Source: Vulcanimicrobiota bacterium (lineage in GTDB: Bacteria > Vulcanimicrobiota > Xenobia > Xenobiales > JADMJV01). From it: DNA of 64,000 nt. The stretch spans positions 1,838,884-1,902,883 of the forward strand of contig JBFWNU010000001.1 of assembly GCA_050250895.1 (NCBI GenBank), in the 5' to 3' direction. The position numbers were made by a program, and so were the translations under genes. This document shows positions 47,798 to 56,817 of the stretch, in pieces. The notes under the pieces were generated by a model. It had not been told where the DNA came from. It saw only the letters and a list, made by a program, of their open reading frames with translations, and made no database searches. Position 1 is the first letter of the stretch; the number at the start of each line of letters is the position of its first letter.

Positions 47798-48571
47798 GTG
47801 TATCTTGAGCGGATCTTGAACCACCGTAGGGGCGGCCATCGCTACGGCGATTCGGCCGCTCAGCTTCGCCGCTGGCGCGAACGGGCGGCCGATGGGCCCG
47901 CCCCCCGCGACTTCGCCAAAGCGCTGGCGCAAGGCACATTTCCAACCATCATCGCCGAGATCAAGCGGGCCTCTCCCTCGAAGGGGCCGCTGCGACCCGA
48001 TCTCGACCCGGCCCAACTGGCCAGGGCCTACGAGGCTGGGGGCGCGGCTGCCCTATCGGTGCTAACCGAAGAAGAGTACTTCCGAGGAAGCCTCGACGAT
48101 CTGGTGGCGGCCCGCAATGCCTGCGTCCTGCCGGTGCTGCGCAAAGATTTCTTACTTGAGCCCTGGGAGGTGTACGAAGCCCGCGCCCACGGTGCCGATG
48201 CGGTGTTGCTGATAGCGGCCGCCCTCGAGACCCCCAGGCTGGCCGAGATGCAAGCGCTGGCCCACGAACTGGGCATGGCCGCGCTGATCGAAGTGCACGA
48301 CGAGAAAGAACTCCGCGATGTTTTGACGGTTGAACCTCGCATTGTGGGAATAAACAATCGGAATCTGAATACCTTCGAGGTGGATCTGCACACGACCACC
48401 CGGTTGGTAGCCGCCCTTCCTCAGGGCGTTCTCAGCGTTAGCGAGAGCGGTTTTGGAGGGGTCGCCGATCTGGCCGGCTTCGAAAATTTGGTAGATGCTT
48501 TCCTTATTGGCGAAAGCCTGGTAACATCTCAAGATTCCGAGAGTGCCCTCAGGAGGCTGAAAAACTGTTGA
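47798..48571 (+). CDS. trpC: Indole-3-glycerol phosphate synthase
   Basis: IAEIKRASPSKG, SVLTE, LRKDF, GINNRNL, SESG, LIGESL. Confidence 0.96.
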   Translation: MYLERILNHRRGGHRYGDSAAQLRRWRERAADGPAPRDFAKALAQGTFPTIIAEIKRASPSKGPLRPDLDPAQLARAYEAGGAAALSVLTEEEYFRGSLDDLVAARNACVLPVLRKDFLLEPWEVYEARAHGADAVLLIAAALETPRLAEMQALAHELGMAALIEVHDEKELRDVLTVEPRIVGINNRNLNTFEVDLHTTTRLVAALPQGVLSVSESGFGGVADLAGFENLVDAFLIGESLVTSQDSESALRRLKNC

Positions 48572-50922
48572 TGAGAAGATTTCGCTGGTTGGCAATGTTG
48601 CTTGCGGTGCTGGTGTTGTTCGCGCCGCTACGGGCCCAGGAGCCCGGCGAGAATTTGCCGCCGCTGAACCTGCCGCCCTTGCCCGGCGAGGAGGGTCCCG
48701 CCGAGGACCTGAATCTGCCTGACCCCAACGAAGAACGACCGGACATCCCCCCGCCTCCTCCGCCGCTGCCGCTTCCCGAGGGACCGGCCGTGGTCAAGCC
48801 CAACATTCCCGTCAGCGGCAACCGATTCTTCAAGTTGCTTTACGCCGACGAACTGGTGGGCTACAGCACCTTCCAGGTTTCGTCGACCATGAAATTGGGC
48901 GGCGAAGAGTTCGTGATTTTGCAGTCTCAGGGCGAGATGAAGCTGGGCTTCGGAGCCGTCGAGCCTTCGACGTTCTTCGCCAAGCTGGCCCTGGATCGCA
49001 ACGATCTGAGGCCAAGTTACTACAAGTGCATGCAGAAGTCGGGTGGTAGCTCCTTCGAGGTCGAGTGCGTCTATTCCGACACCATGGTGGCTCAGACCAA
49101 TCGCACCGGTGACGCCAAGAGCGTGCACTTTCACAACTACACGGGTCGCCCTCCGGCGCTGTTGTTCAACAACCTGTGGGGTCACATCGACACGTTTCCC
49201 GAGCACTACTGGCTACTGGTGCGCTCGGCCGTCAACGGCGGTATCCTGGACGCCTATGACCCCATCCTACGGGGAGGCGGAGACCTGGTCGTCTATGACC
49301 CCAAGTCAGAAACCATCGACTGGAACGGCACCAAGCTCAACACCAAGATTTATCCCGTCAGCGATCTGAAAGGCACCTTGCTGGCGCGCGTGCGGGTCAA
49401 GGCTGACGACCTCGAATTGCTCGAGGTGGACGAGGTCGGCTCGGGACTGCGGATGGTGCGGACCGACTCGAGCGTGGTGGCCAAGGTCGCCAAAGTCAAA
49501 GGCGTAGACCTGCTTAGCCACCGGGTGGTGCCTTCCAACGTGGTCTTTTCGGACCCCGACCGCTTGACCTCGCTCGAGGCCGACGTCGAGATCTCGCTGC
49601 GGGGCGGACAGTTCGCCGACCACCGCATTCCCGGCTATCGCCAGTATTTCACCGGCGAACTCAGAGAAGGCTACATGAAAGGGCGAGTGGTGGTTCGTTC
49701 GGTTCCCCGTCAGGGCGGTTACACCACCAAGTATCCGCTAAAAGGGCCGCTGAGCCCCGAGATCGAGGCCTATACCAAGGCCGGCCCGGGGGTCGAATCA
49801 GAGTTTCCCGCGCTGGTGCTGAAAGCCCGCGAGCTGACCTGGAAGTCGGGCACCACCTTCGAGGCCGCTCGGCGTCTGATGAACTTCACCTCACAGGTCG
49901 AAGAAGGCGTCTCTCTTCCGTCCGCCCGCTATGCCCTCGAGAGCGGGGTCGGAAACCCCGAGAGCAAGGCCCTGCTATTTATCGCCATGGCTCGAGCCGC
50001 CGGGCTGCCGGCCCGACGGGTGGGTGGACTGCTCTTCCGCGATGGCTCCTTTGTCCCTCACCATTGGGCCGAAGTGTGGCTGGGCGAATCCGAGACCTGG
50101 TGCCCGTTTGACCCGACCACGGCCGAGGCCGGACGGGTGGGCGCCACCCACATTGCCCTGTGGGAGAGTGGTGACGTGCAGGATCTGCACATCAAAGTCA
50201 CCGACTATGCTCCCCGCGCCGCCAGCAAGGTGGCCTACGTCAATCAAGAACTCAACTGGGGAGTGGGCGAAGAACGCGTTTATGCCATCATGCGCGATGG
50301 TCAGAAGGTCGGCGAAGAAGTGGCGGCCATCAAAGAGCTGCTGGTCGAAGGCAGCGACGAGGTCTATCGTTTCGTCGCCCACAGCGAGATCCAGGAGGGC
50401 GAGAAAACGCAGAGCATCGACTGCCAGGCCTTGCTCAGTCCGGTCGGCTTGCCGGTCAAAGTCGCGATGCGCGACAACCAGAACAATCAGGAGAACTTCG
50501 AGTTTCTGGCCGACACAGCTCGCTGCGAAACGACCCTGGCCAACGGAAAGCCCTCGGTGCGCGACGTTCCTTTCGCTCGTGGGACCTACCTGACCGACCC
50601 CCGTGTGCTATCGCAGTGGGCGCTGGTGGTGGGGCAGACCCCTAAGGGCGAGAATTCTCAAGAAGAAGAGCAGCGTTATTCCTTCTACATCTTCTTACCT
50701 CAGGAGCTCAAGACGCGCGAAATGGTGCTCGAAGGCGCCCAGGACGAAACGGTCACCCTGCCCGATGGTAGCGAGGTTTCGGCCCGCAAGCTCGAAGCCG
50801 ACTCCGGCATGGCTTTCTATCTCAATGACAAGAACCAGGTCGTCAAGATCGACATCCCTTCGCAGAAGATCGAGCTCTTGCTCGAAGAGACACGCACCAG
50901 CCTGGGCACCAATCTCGAATAG
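48571..50922 (+). CDS. Secreted transglutaminase-like domain protein (catalytic Cys absent)
   Basis: Signal peptide; GVGNPESKALLFIAMARAAGLPARRVGG, HHWAEVW, PFDPT. Confidence 0.75.
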   Translation: MRRFRWLAMLLAVLVLFAPLRAQEPGENLPPLNLPPLPGEEGPAEDLNLPDPNEERPDIPPPPPPLPLPEGPAVVKPNIPVSGNRFFKLLYADELVGYSTFQVSSTMKLGGEEFVILQSQGEMKLGFGAVEPSTFFAKLALDRNDLRPSYYKCMQKSGGSSFEVECVYSDTMVAQTNRTGDAKSVHFHNYTGRPPALLFNNLWGHIDTFPEHYWLLVRSAVNGGILDAYDPILRGGGDLVVYDPKSETIDWNGTKLNTKIYPVSDLKGTLLARVRVKADDLELLEVDEVGSGLRMVRTDSSVVAKVAKVKGVDLLSHRVVPSNVVFSDPDRLTSLEADVEISLRGGQFADHRIPGYRQYFTGELREGYMKGRVVVRSVPRQGGYTTKYPLKGPLSPEIEAYTKAGPGVESEFPALVLKARELTWKSGTTFEAARRLMNFTSQVEEGVSLPSARYALESGVGNPESKALLFIAMARAAGLPARRVGGLLFRDGSFVPHHWAEVWLGESETWCPFDPTTAEAGRVGATHIALWESGDVQDLHIKVTDYAPRAASKVAYVNQELNWGVGEERVYAIMRDGQKVGEEVAAIKELLVEGSDEVYRFVAHSEIQEGEKTQSIDCQALLSPVGLPVKVAMRDNQNNQENFEFLADTARCETTLANGKPSVRDVPFARGTYLTDPRVLSQWALVVGQTPKGENSQEEEQRYSFYIFLPQELKTREMVLEGAQDETVTLPDGSEVSARKLEADSGMAFYLNDKNQVVKIDIPSQKIELLLEETRTSLGTNLE

Positions 50923-51566
50923 TGTGCGGGCGGTTTAGCCTGGACCTGCCCCCGCAGGTCCTCAAGGACGAGTTCGGTTGGCTCGAGGGTGAGATTCTCG
51001 GCCTGCCGCGCTATAATGTGTCGCCCACCGAAGAGGTGGTGGCCGTGACCAGTGACAGCCAGCCGCTTTTTTTGCGTTGGGGCTTGATACCGTGGTATGC
51101 CAAGAAGCCTGGCAAACCACTGATTCAGGCTCGCAGCGAGACGGTGGCCGAGAAGTCAGCCTTCGCCCAGAGCTTCCAGCGCCGACGCTGCCTCATTCCG
51201 GCCTCGGGCTTTTTCGAGTGGGACCGCAGCAGCGGTAAGCCGCTTCCGTATCACATCCGTCGCCGGGACGGTCATCCCCTGGTGATGGCCGGCATCTACG
51301 ATTGGTGGAAGTCGCCCCAGGGCGAGCGGTTGGGCAGTTGCTGCGTGTTGACCACCGAAGCCAATCGGGATGTGGCCACGGTTCATGATCGCATGCCGGT
51401 GGTCATCGAGGCCGGGGACTATGCTGGCTGGCTCGAAGGCGATCTCGACCAGGCCGCGGGCTTGCTCGGTCCGGCCAGGGCCGACCTTGAAGTCTATCGA
51501 GTATCGACGGTGGTCAACAAAGCGGGCCACGATGTGCCCGAGTGCCTGGTTCCGCTGGAAATGTGA
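50922..51566 (+). CDS. SOS response-associated peptidase (SRAP/YedK family)
   Basis: MCGRF N-terminus, RWGLIPW, ARSET, GFFEW, HDRMP. Confidence 0.93.
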   Translation: MCGRFSLDLPPQVLKDEFGWLEGEILGLPRYNVSPTEEVVAVTSDSQPLFLRWGLIPWYAKKPGKPLIQARSETVAEKSAFAQSFQRRRCLIPASGFFEWDRSSGKPLPYHIRRRDGHPLVMAGIYDWWKSPQGERLGSCCVLTTEANRDVATVHDRMPVVIEAGDYAGWLEGDLDQAAGLLGPARADLEVYRVSTVVNKAGHDVPECLVPLEM

Positions 51567-51639
51567 ACTAGCTCACAGACCGGTTGGGGCCAACGAGGTA
51601 TTCTATGGTCACACGAAACCCCAAGACACCCAATCCCCC

Positions 51640-51671
51640 AAACCCCGGCTCCCAACCGGGGTTTTCCTCTT
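51640..51671 (+). terminator. Intrinsic terminator-like hairpin
   Basis: AAACCCCGG-ctcccaa-CCGGGGTTT followed by TCCTCTT. Confidence 0.65.
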
Positions 51672-51691
51672 CTGTATGGAAGTGTTACTGG

Positions 51692-52351
51692 ATGGAGACC
51701 TTCTGGCAGAAACCTCCCCGCTGGCTGGTGCTGCTGTTTGGGGGTGCCATGCTGGTCTTCGTGGCCTCGATGTGGACCTGGTGGGAGGGTCGGCGTTTTG
51801 CCTCGCGCCCGCTCGAGCGCGCCGAAGCCCAGATCGTGGCCCAGGCATTGCAGACGTGGCAGACGCTGGCTCCCGAGGTGGATGGATGGCGCGACCTTCG
51901 GACCCTGTTGGCCGCCCGCAAGGTGCGAGCCATGGACAAGGCAAGCTTCGGTCGAAAGGCAGAGCGTATCACCCTGGGTTACACCGACGAGTGGGGTCGG
52001 ATTCTGCTCAATCCCAATATCTGTTTTTCCGCCTATTCGACCCTTGGACCGCGAGTCTGCCAGGGAGTCCAAAAGAGCGACCTGGTCCGGACCATGACCA
52101 CCCTGCATCACGAATATCACCACCTGATCCGGCGCGCGGTCGAGTCCGAAGCCTATGCAGCCGAGTGGAACTTCGTTCGAATTTGCCTGGAGCGTTCGCG
52201 GGAGCGTGATGACCCCGCGCTGACGGCTGCCCTGGCCGAGTGGGAGGGCGAGATGCAAGAACGCATCCGGCTTTACGTGGGCAATACTCGCTTCGAGCGC
52301 CTCAAGGAGAACCTCAACCGCTCCGCCCCCAAAGCTGACCAGCCTTCTTGA
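51692..52351 (+). CDS. Membrane-anchored protein with HExxH (zincin-like)
   Basis: N-terminal TM; TLHHEYHH followed by ESEAYAAE. Confidence 0.55.
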   Translation: METFWQKPPRWLVLLFGGAMLVFVASMWTWWEGRRFASRPLERAEAQIVAQALQTWQTLAPEVDGWRDLRTLLAARKVRAMDKASFGRKAERITLGYTDEWGRILLNPNICFSAYSTLGPRVCQGVQKSDLVRTMTTLHHEYHHLIRRAVESEAYAAEWNFVRICLERSRERDDPALTAALAEWEGEMQERIRLYVGNTRFERLKENLNRSAPKADQPS

Positions 52352-53207
52352 AGCCGAGCGAGCGCTGAGCGGTGCGATAGGAGCGGGGGTTGTCAGCCGA
52401 GATGTCGGCGTAGATCTCGCGGTAGCCGCGCTGCACTAACTCGTTCTCGGCCGCCCTCACCAGAAACTGGGCGGCGTAGCGTCCCCAATACTCGGGGCGC
52501 ACACTGATGTCTCGCAGGTAGGCTAGCCCCTCGCTCTCGAGGTTGACCAGGATATAGCCAATGGAGCGTCGAGTGCTTTTCTCGACGGCCACCAGGCCGA
52601 TCAGGTCGGCGGCCATGGGATCGAACTCCTCGAAGTACTGCTGGGTGGCCGACTGGAACTGATCGAGTTCTTCCTGGCGACCGGCGGGCAAAGTGTGCGT
52701 CAGGTTGGTGGCAGCTAGCACGCGCAACAAAGCCCGGTCGCCATCGCGCAGGGGTCGGGCTCGAAAGGAACTCAGGCGAGGGCCATCTAGCCGGTGGTGG
52801 CTCAGTTCTCGTGTCATGCGCAAAGTCTCGACCTCATAACCGCGGGAGGCCAGAATGGGGCTCCAGTGGCCGTCTTCGGCTGTGGTCAGGACCAACCTGT
52901 GCAGACCCTTAGGCAGCTCGGCCTCGGAGGCATCGAGCAACGCCGCCGCCACCTGCAGGGCGTTATGCTCGGGAGCCACCTGCAGGTCCCAAAGGCGGGC
53001 TATGGGACGCCGGGTGGTGCGCTCGTGGCCGGCCAAATCCCAGAGCGCGTAACCTGCGCCAGGCAGCACCCAGAACGGTAGCTCGGGGCGACTCCAGGGC
53101 TCGACCAGACGCACCGTCTCGAGCAGATTCGGTTTGGCCTGGCGACCAACTTGCAGTTCTTCGAGAAAGGGCAGGTCATCGCGCGAACCGCGACGGCAGG
53201 CCATCAT
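52314..53207 (-). CDS. Tandem GNAT acetyltransferase
   Basis: DISVRPEYWGR...N.RS...LGF in the C-half; degenerate GNAT in the N-half. Confidence 0.7.
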   Translation of the reverse strand: MMACRRGSRDDLPFLEELQVGRQAKPNLLETVRLVEPWSRPELPFWVLPGAGYALWDLAGHERTTRRPIARLWDLQVAPEHNALQVAAALLDASEAELPKGLHRLVLTTAEDGHWSPILASRGYEVETLRMTRELSHHRLDGPRLSSFRARPLRDGDRALLRVLAATNLTHTLPAGRQEELDQFQSATQQYFEEFDPMAADLIGLVAVEKSTRRSIGYILVNLESEGLAYLRDISVRPEYWGRYAAQFLVRAAENELVQRGYREIYADISADNPRSYRTAQRSLGFKKAGQLWGRSG

Positions 53208-53764
53208 TCGATTTCGGCCAGAGCCTCAGAGGCTGAGAGTTCGCTGTCGTCGACCTCGGCCAGGGCTATCTCGACCTGATTCAGGCCCCGCTCGGCGGGC
53301 GAGAAATCTCCGTCGCCCGAGTAGCCCATCATCATCTCGCAGCCAGCCTGAAAGGCCTCGAGGGCGGCTACGGCCCGGCGGTGGATGGCGATCAGAGCCT
53401 CGTCTTGTTCTTTGAGCGACTCTACGATGATGGGCGAGGTGAGTAGTTCGAGGTTGTTGGTGACCTCGTCATAGACCTCGCCGACCTGATCGAGATACTC
53501 CACCAGGCTCATGGTCTGCTTGTGCACGCCCTCGACGCAGCGGCGCAGCCGGCGCAAGTTGGCCGACCCTTCGGAGGAGTCGGGACGCAGCGTCTCGAGA
53601 CCCGCCTGGTGCAGAAAGGAAAGTGGAGCGGACTCTTCCTCGCGAGGAAGGTCCCCTCCACAACCCGAGCACTGGGTAGCGCTCATCGGCAGGTCCTGAG
53701 CACAGGCAGGACAACGTTTCAGAAAAGCTGCCTGGAATGCATTGACGAGTTCTGACTCTCGCAT
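53204..53764 (-). CDS. Hypothetical protein with N-terminal zinc ribbon
   Basis: CPAC...CSGC followed by a helical domain. Confidence 0.6.
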   Translation of the reverse strand: MRESELVNAFQAAFLKRCPACAQDLPMSATQCSGCGGDLPREEESAPLSFLHQAGLETLRPDSSEGSANLRRLRRCVEGVHKQTMSLVEYLDQVGEVYDEVTNNLELLTSPIIVESLKEQDEALIAIHRRAVAALEAFQAGCEMMMGYSGDGDFSPAERGLNQVEIALAEVDDSELSASEALAEIE

Positions 53765-53782
53765 CCCGGGCCTTTCCCGGTG

Positions 53783-54046
53783 CTAGGCCATCATCCCTCC
53801 GCCGGGGGCCCCGCCCGGGGCTCCACCTTTCGAGGACATCAGGGCCTGGACGATGGCCATCAAAATTTTCTTCTGCTGGTCGTTTTGCTGTGGGCCTTTA
53901 GCGGCGCCAGCCTGTTGGGCTTTCTTTCCTTTTCCACCCTTTTCGGCTTTCTTGGCCTTCTTCGACTCTTTCGCGTCTTTTACGGCTCCGGCGATACCTT
54001 GAACGCCTTCCATGATTCCAGCGACTTGTCCCATAATTTTGCACAC
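53783..54046 (-). CDS. Small Lys/Gly/Ala-rich protein
   Basis: 87 aa; AAGGGAG SD before GTG; TACCAT -10 upstream. Confidence 0.55.
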   Translation of the reverse strand: MCKIMGQVAGIMEGVQGIAGAVKDAKESKKAKKAEKGGKGKKAQQAGAAKGPQQNDQQKKILMAIVQALMSSKGGAPGGAPGGGMMA

Positions 54047-54173
54047 TCTCCCTTCGCTATGCCTCTATGGTAAGGGCTGGCCAGAGGAATCCATGTAACG
54101 CGGATGTTAACAGGGTTGCCGACATGTAAACTTTCAGGCCGGATTTGGTAGATTTTTGTCGAATTTGGTGGGT

Positions 54174-54713
54174 ATGGGTCGTTCTCGCCTTCCTGAGTTG
54201 ATGCTTTTGCTCTGCGTCGTGGCCGTGGCCATGGGGTTCTTTCTCAAGCAAGACGAGGCGGGCCCGCCCGTACCCGCTGTCAGCCCACGGCTGAGCACAG
54301 CCCCCGTGGAGATAGGCCAGCCTGTGCCTGCTTTCACTCTCAAGCACCCCGACGGGTCCTCCTTTACCTTCGAACAGGGCCCGTTGCTGGTCGTGCTCAC
54401 GGCCACCCCCTGCGGCGAATGCCTGCAGCGGATCGACCAGGCCGACCTGAGACTCTATCAAGCCGCCCGCGAAGCCGGTCTGCCCAGCGCCAACCTGCTG
54501 GTCTATGCGGGCGAATCGGTCGGGCAGAGCTTTCTCGACGAGCACTCGCCGGCTGCGGACATGGTTTTGTGCGATCCCAGCGCCGACATCTCGGTGCAGA
54601 TGCTGGGCGGCAGCGACGCTACCTGCTGGTTGCTCATCGACCGCCAGGGCAAACTGGCCTGGCGCGGTCCGGCCGACGGCAACCGGATCGGCGAGCTACT
54701 GGCCGCGCTTTAG
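54174..54713 (+). CDS. Membrane-anchored thioredoxin-fold (TlpA/AhpC-TSA-like) protein
   Basis: TM anchor, GQPVPAFTL, TPCGEC, LIDRQGKLAWRG. Confidence 0.7.
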   Translation: MGRSRLPELMLLLCVVAVAMGFFLKQDEAGPPVPAVSPRLSTAPVEIGQPVPAFTLKHPDGSSFTFEQGPLLVVLTATPCGECLQRIDQADLRLYQAAREAGLPSANLLVYAGESVGQSFLDEHSPAADMVLCDPSADISVQMLGGSDATCWLLIDRQGKLAWRGPADGNRIGELLAAL

Positions 54714-54907
54714 CCTGAGAACAGCCACCTCGGGCGGACAGTGGTAGCCCCCCGTGGGTGGCTTCCCAGCACGGCCCCCACCCCCCGCCGGGCCCGCCGG
54801 CCGCTCGAAAGCGGGGCCACGCTGGCTGAGATGGCCGATGGTCAATCCATCTACGAAGGCCTTCCTGGCTGCAGGCGGGGCCACCTTCGGCCAAGAACGC
54901 CGCTGGC

Positions 54908-55291
54908 ATGAGCGACTTGCGCCAACCGGCTATTCGGGTCACCATGATGCCCCGCGACACCAACCACCACGGCACTATCTTCGGAGGCGTGCTCTTGAGC
55001 TATATCGACCAGGCCGGGGCGGTAGCCGCCTCTTTGCACACCAGGCGCAAGCTGGTCACGGTGGCCATGCGCGAGGTGGTCTTTCACGAGCCGGTCAAAG
55101 TCGGTGATCTGGTCAGCTTTTATGGAGAGATCGCCCGCATCGGTAACACTTCGGTTACGGTCAAAGTAACGGTGGTGGCCGAGCGCTTGCTTGAGCCGGG
55201 CCAGGTCTCGATCGAAGTCACCGAGGCTGAAGTGGTGTATGTGGCCGTCGATGACGAGGGCCATCCGATCCCCTTCTCCCAGGGCCCCTAA
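54908..55291 (+). CDS. Acyl-CoA thioesterase (YciA-like hotdog fold)
   Basis: PRDTNHHGTIFGG...IDQAG, VVFHEPVKVGD, IGNTS, YVAVD. Confidence 0.92.
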   Translation: MSDLRQPAIRVTMMPRDTNHHGTIFGGVLLSYIDQAGAVAASLHTRRKLVTVAMREVVFHEPVKVGDLVSFYGEIARIGNTSVTVKVTVVAERLLEPGQVSIEVTEAEVVYVAVDDEGHPIPFSQGP

Positions 55292-55689
55292 GCGAGTTCT
55301 TCGCGACTGAAGTTGAAGAGGTATTGGTTGCGATCGATGTTGCGCTTGAGGCTGGCTCGCTCGCGAACCCTGCCATCAGCGTCGTGGCGCAGGTAGAGAT
55401 AGCTCTCGCTCGAGCCTTCTCGCTCGTAGTGCCATTGGCGGGTGATGGTGCGACCGAAGCGGCTGCTCGTCTCGCTGAGGTTGAGGTGGCCCACGCGGTC
55501 GAAGAAGCGGTCCGAAGCTCGATTGGCCTCAAAGCATAGGCGCGCGCTGGCAAGAGAATCCCGAAAGGCGTTGAGACGCTGGTTCTTGATGACCATCACG
55601 CCAGGGGTTTGCTCGGCCGCCTGGGGCGACACGCGGACGGTCTGGGCCAGAGTCTCGAACTCTTCCATCAAACGGGATGCGGTTTTCAT
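55288..55689 (-). CDS. Hypothetical protein, paralog of the ORF at 63747
   Basis: MKTASRLMEEFETLAQTVR...; AGGAG SD; collinear with the 63747 ORF. Confidence 0.75.
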   Translation of the reverse strand: MKTASRLMEEFETLAQTVRVSPQAAEQTPGVMVIKNQRLNAFRDSLASARLCFEANRASDRFFDRVGHLNLSETSSRFGRTITRQWHYEREGSSESYLYLRHDADGRVRERASLKRNIDRNQYLFNFSREELA

Positions 55690-55755
55690 TGCTACACTGC
55701 TCCTACTCTTACAGTCTAGAGAAGCCAACTTGGATTGGAGTTGTATTGTCGGCCA

Positions 55756-55780
55756 GAAAGTTAACAGTGTGTTAACTTTC
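55756..55780. promoter_or_regulatory. Palindromic / direct-repeat operator
   Basis: GAAAGTTAAC-AGTGT-GTTAACTTTC: perfect 10-bp inverted repeat with GTTAAC repeated at 11-bp period. Confidence 0.65.
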
Positions 55781-55813
55781 GGCCAGGTCGGACGGCGACG
55801 CAAAAAAAGCCGC

Positions 55814-55842
55814 TTGACAGATGGTTCTTGAGCAGGTAATAT
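55814..55842 (+). promoter_or_regulatory. Near-consensus sigma-70 promoter
   Basis: TTGACA-17 nt-TAATAT with an upstream A7 tract. Confidence 0.8.
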
Positions 55843-55848
55843 TGGTCT

Positions 55849-55980
55849 GGTGGCCACGCGCCCCGACCGAGAAAGCTTACATTCTAGCTCATTGGTAGAG
55901 CAGTTGTTCCTGAAACAACCTGAGCGGGTTCGATTCCCGCGAAAACCCCAAAACGCTTTTTCAACTTGCGCGAGCCCCTT
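55849..55980 (+). ncRNA. tRNA-like structured RNA (Y-RNA-like candidate or tRNA pseudogene)
   Basis: D, anticodon and T arms intact; acceptor stem only 3 bp; enclosed by GAGAAAGC/GCTTTTTC and CGCGC/GCGCG stems. Confidence 0.6.
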
Positions 55981-56041
55981 CCCCGCGGCTATGCGCGGCA
56001 GGTTAGAAGGTTAGCGTTCAGGCCGAAGAGAAGATTTCAAA

Positions 56042-56371
56042 GTGCGAAAAATCCTGATTTTATGCCTGTTGTTGTTGTTTGTGCTGCCGGCCGGCGCCGA
56101 GGGTCTGGTGACCATCCGAGAAAGTCGAGGCGACCTGGTCAAGGTGCTCAAGCGCATCGCCTCGGCTACCGGTAAGAACATTTATGTGGGGCCCGAGGTC
56201 TCGGGCCAGGTGACGGTCGACCTGCGCCAGGTGCCGGCCATGGGGGCTCTGGACACGGTCTTGCGGCTGCAGCCCAAGCCGTATGCCTATAAGGTGGTGG
56301 GCTCGACCATCGTGGTGGCCTCGCCCGAGCGCCTCGACAAGATCCCTGACAGTCTCTTCAGCGAGTTTTAA
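56042..56371 (+). CDS. Small secreted protein: lone secretin N-terminal (STN-like) domain
   Basis: Signal peptide; DLVKVLKRIA..TGKNIYVGPEVSGQVTVDLRQVP...ALDTVL. Confidence 0.7.
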   Translation: MRKILILCLLLLFVLPAGAEGLVTIRESRGDLVKVLKRIASATGKNIYVGPEVSGQVTVDLRQVPAMGALDTVLRLQPKPYAYKVVGSTIVVASPERLDKIPDSLFSEF

Positions 56372-56394
56372 GCGGGCCGGCCTAAGCTGGGCGT

Positions 56395-56781
56395 ATGGTT
56401 ATTCACAACGCCCACCGCGCCAGCGGAGTTTTCCGCTACGATCCCGCCCAGTTGCCCCAACCCGACGAACTCGAGCAAAAGGCCCTGGCTTGCGAAGAGC
56501 AAGCCAACTTGAGTCTACAGGCCTCGCAGCTGGCCCGGGATGGAGCCACCGGCTCCACCGTGGTGGGTGGCTTGGGAGCGCTGGCCTCGGTGGCCGGTTC
56601 TTTGCTCGACTCCAACGGTCTGTTGCTGGGCGGAGCCGTGGTGGCCCTGGGCGGAGTGGCGGTGGCGGTTTATCAGGGCAACCGCTCGTTAGAGCTCGGG
56701 CAGCAGGCCTGCGACCACACCCTCAAGGCTGCCCACTATCGCCTCGCCGCTCGCCTCTCGCAAGAGTTGGCCAAGCCCTAA
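56395..56781 (+). CDS. Hypothetical protein with hydrophobic Gly-rich hairpin
   Basis: 128 aa; two Gly/Ala/Val-rich segments. Confidence 0.5.
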   Translation: MVIHNAHRASGVFRYDPAQLPQPDELEQKALACEEQANLSLQASQLARDGATGSTVVGGLGALASVAGSLLDSNGLLLGGAVVALGGVAVAVYQGNRSLELGQQACDHTLKAAHYRLAARLSQELAKP

Positions 56782-56817
56782 AAGATTCGGCAGCCTGACC
56801 TCGAAAGGGCCCACAAC

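Noticed and set aside
54714-54907. GC-rich intergenic hairpins as a riboswitch or SRP RNA
   Set aside because: No diagnostic motif was recognised, and pairing is expected at this GC content.
55878-55951. Functional tRNA-Gln(CTG)
   Set aside because: Only 3 acceptor base pairs, C at position 33 and CCA out of register; reported as a tRNA-like RNA instead.
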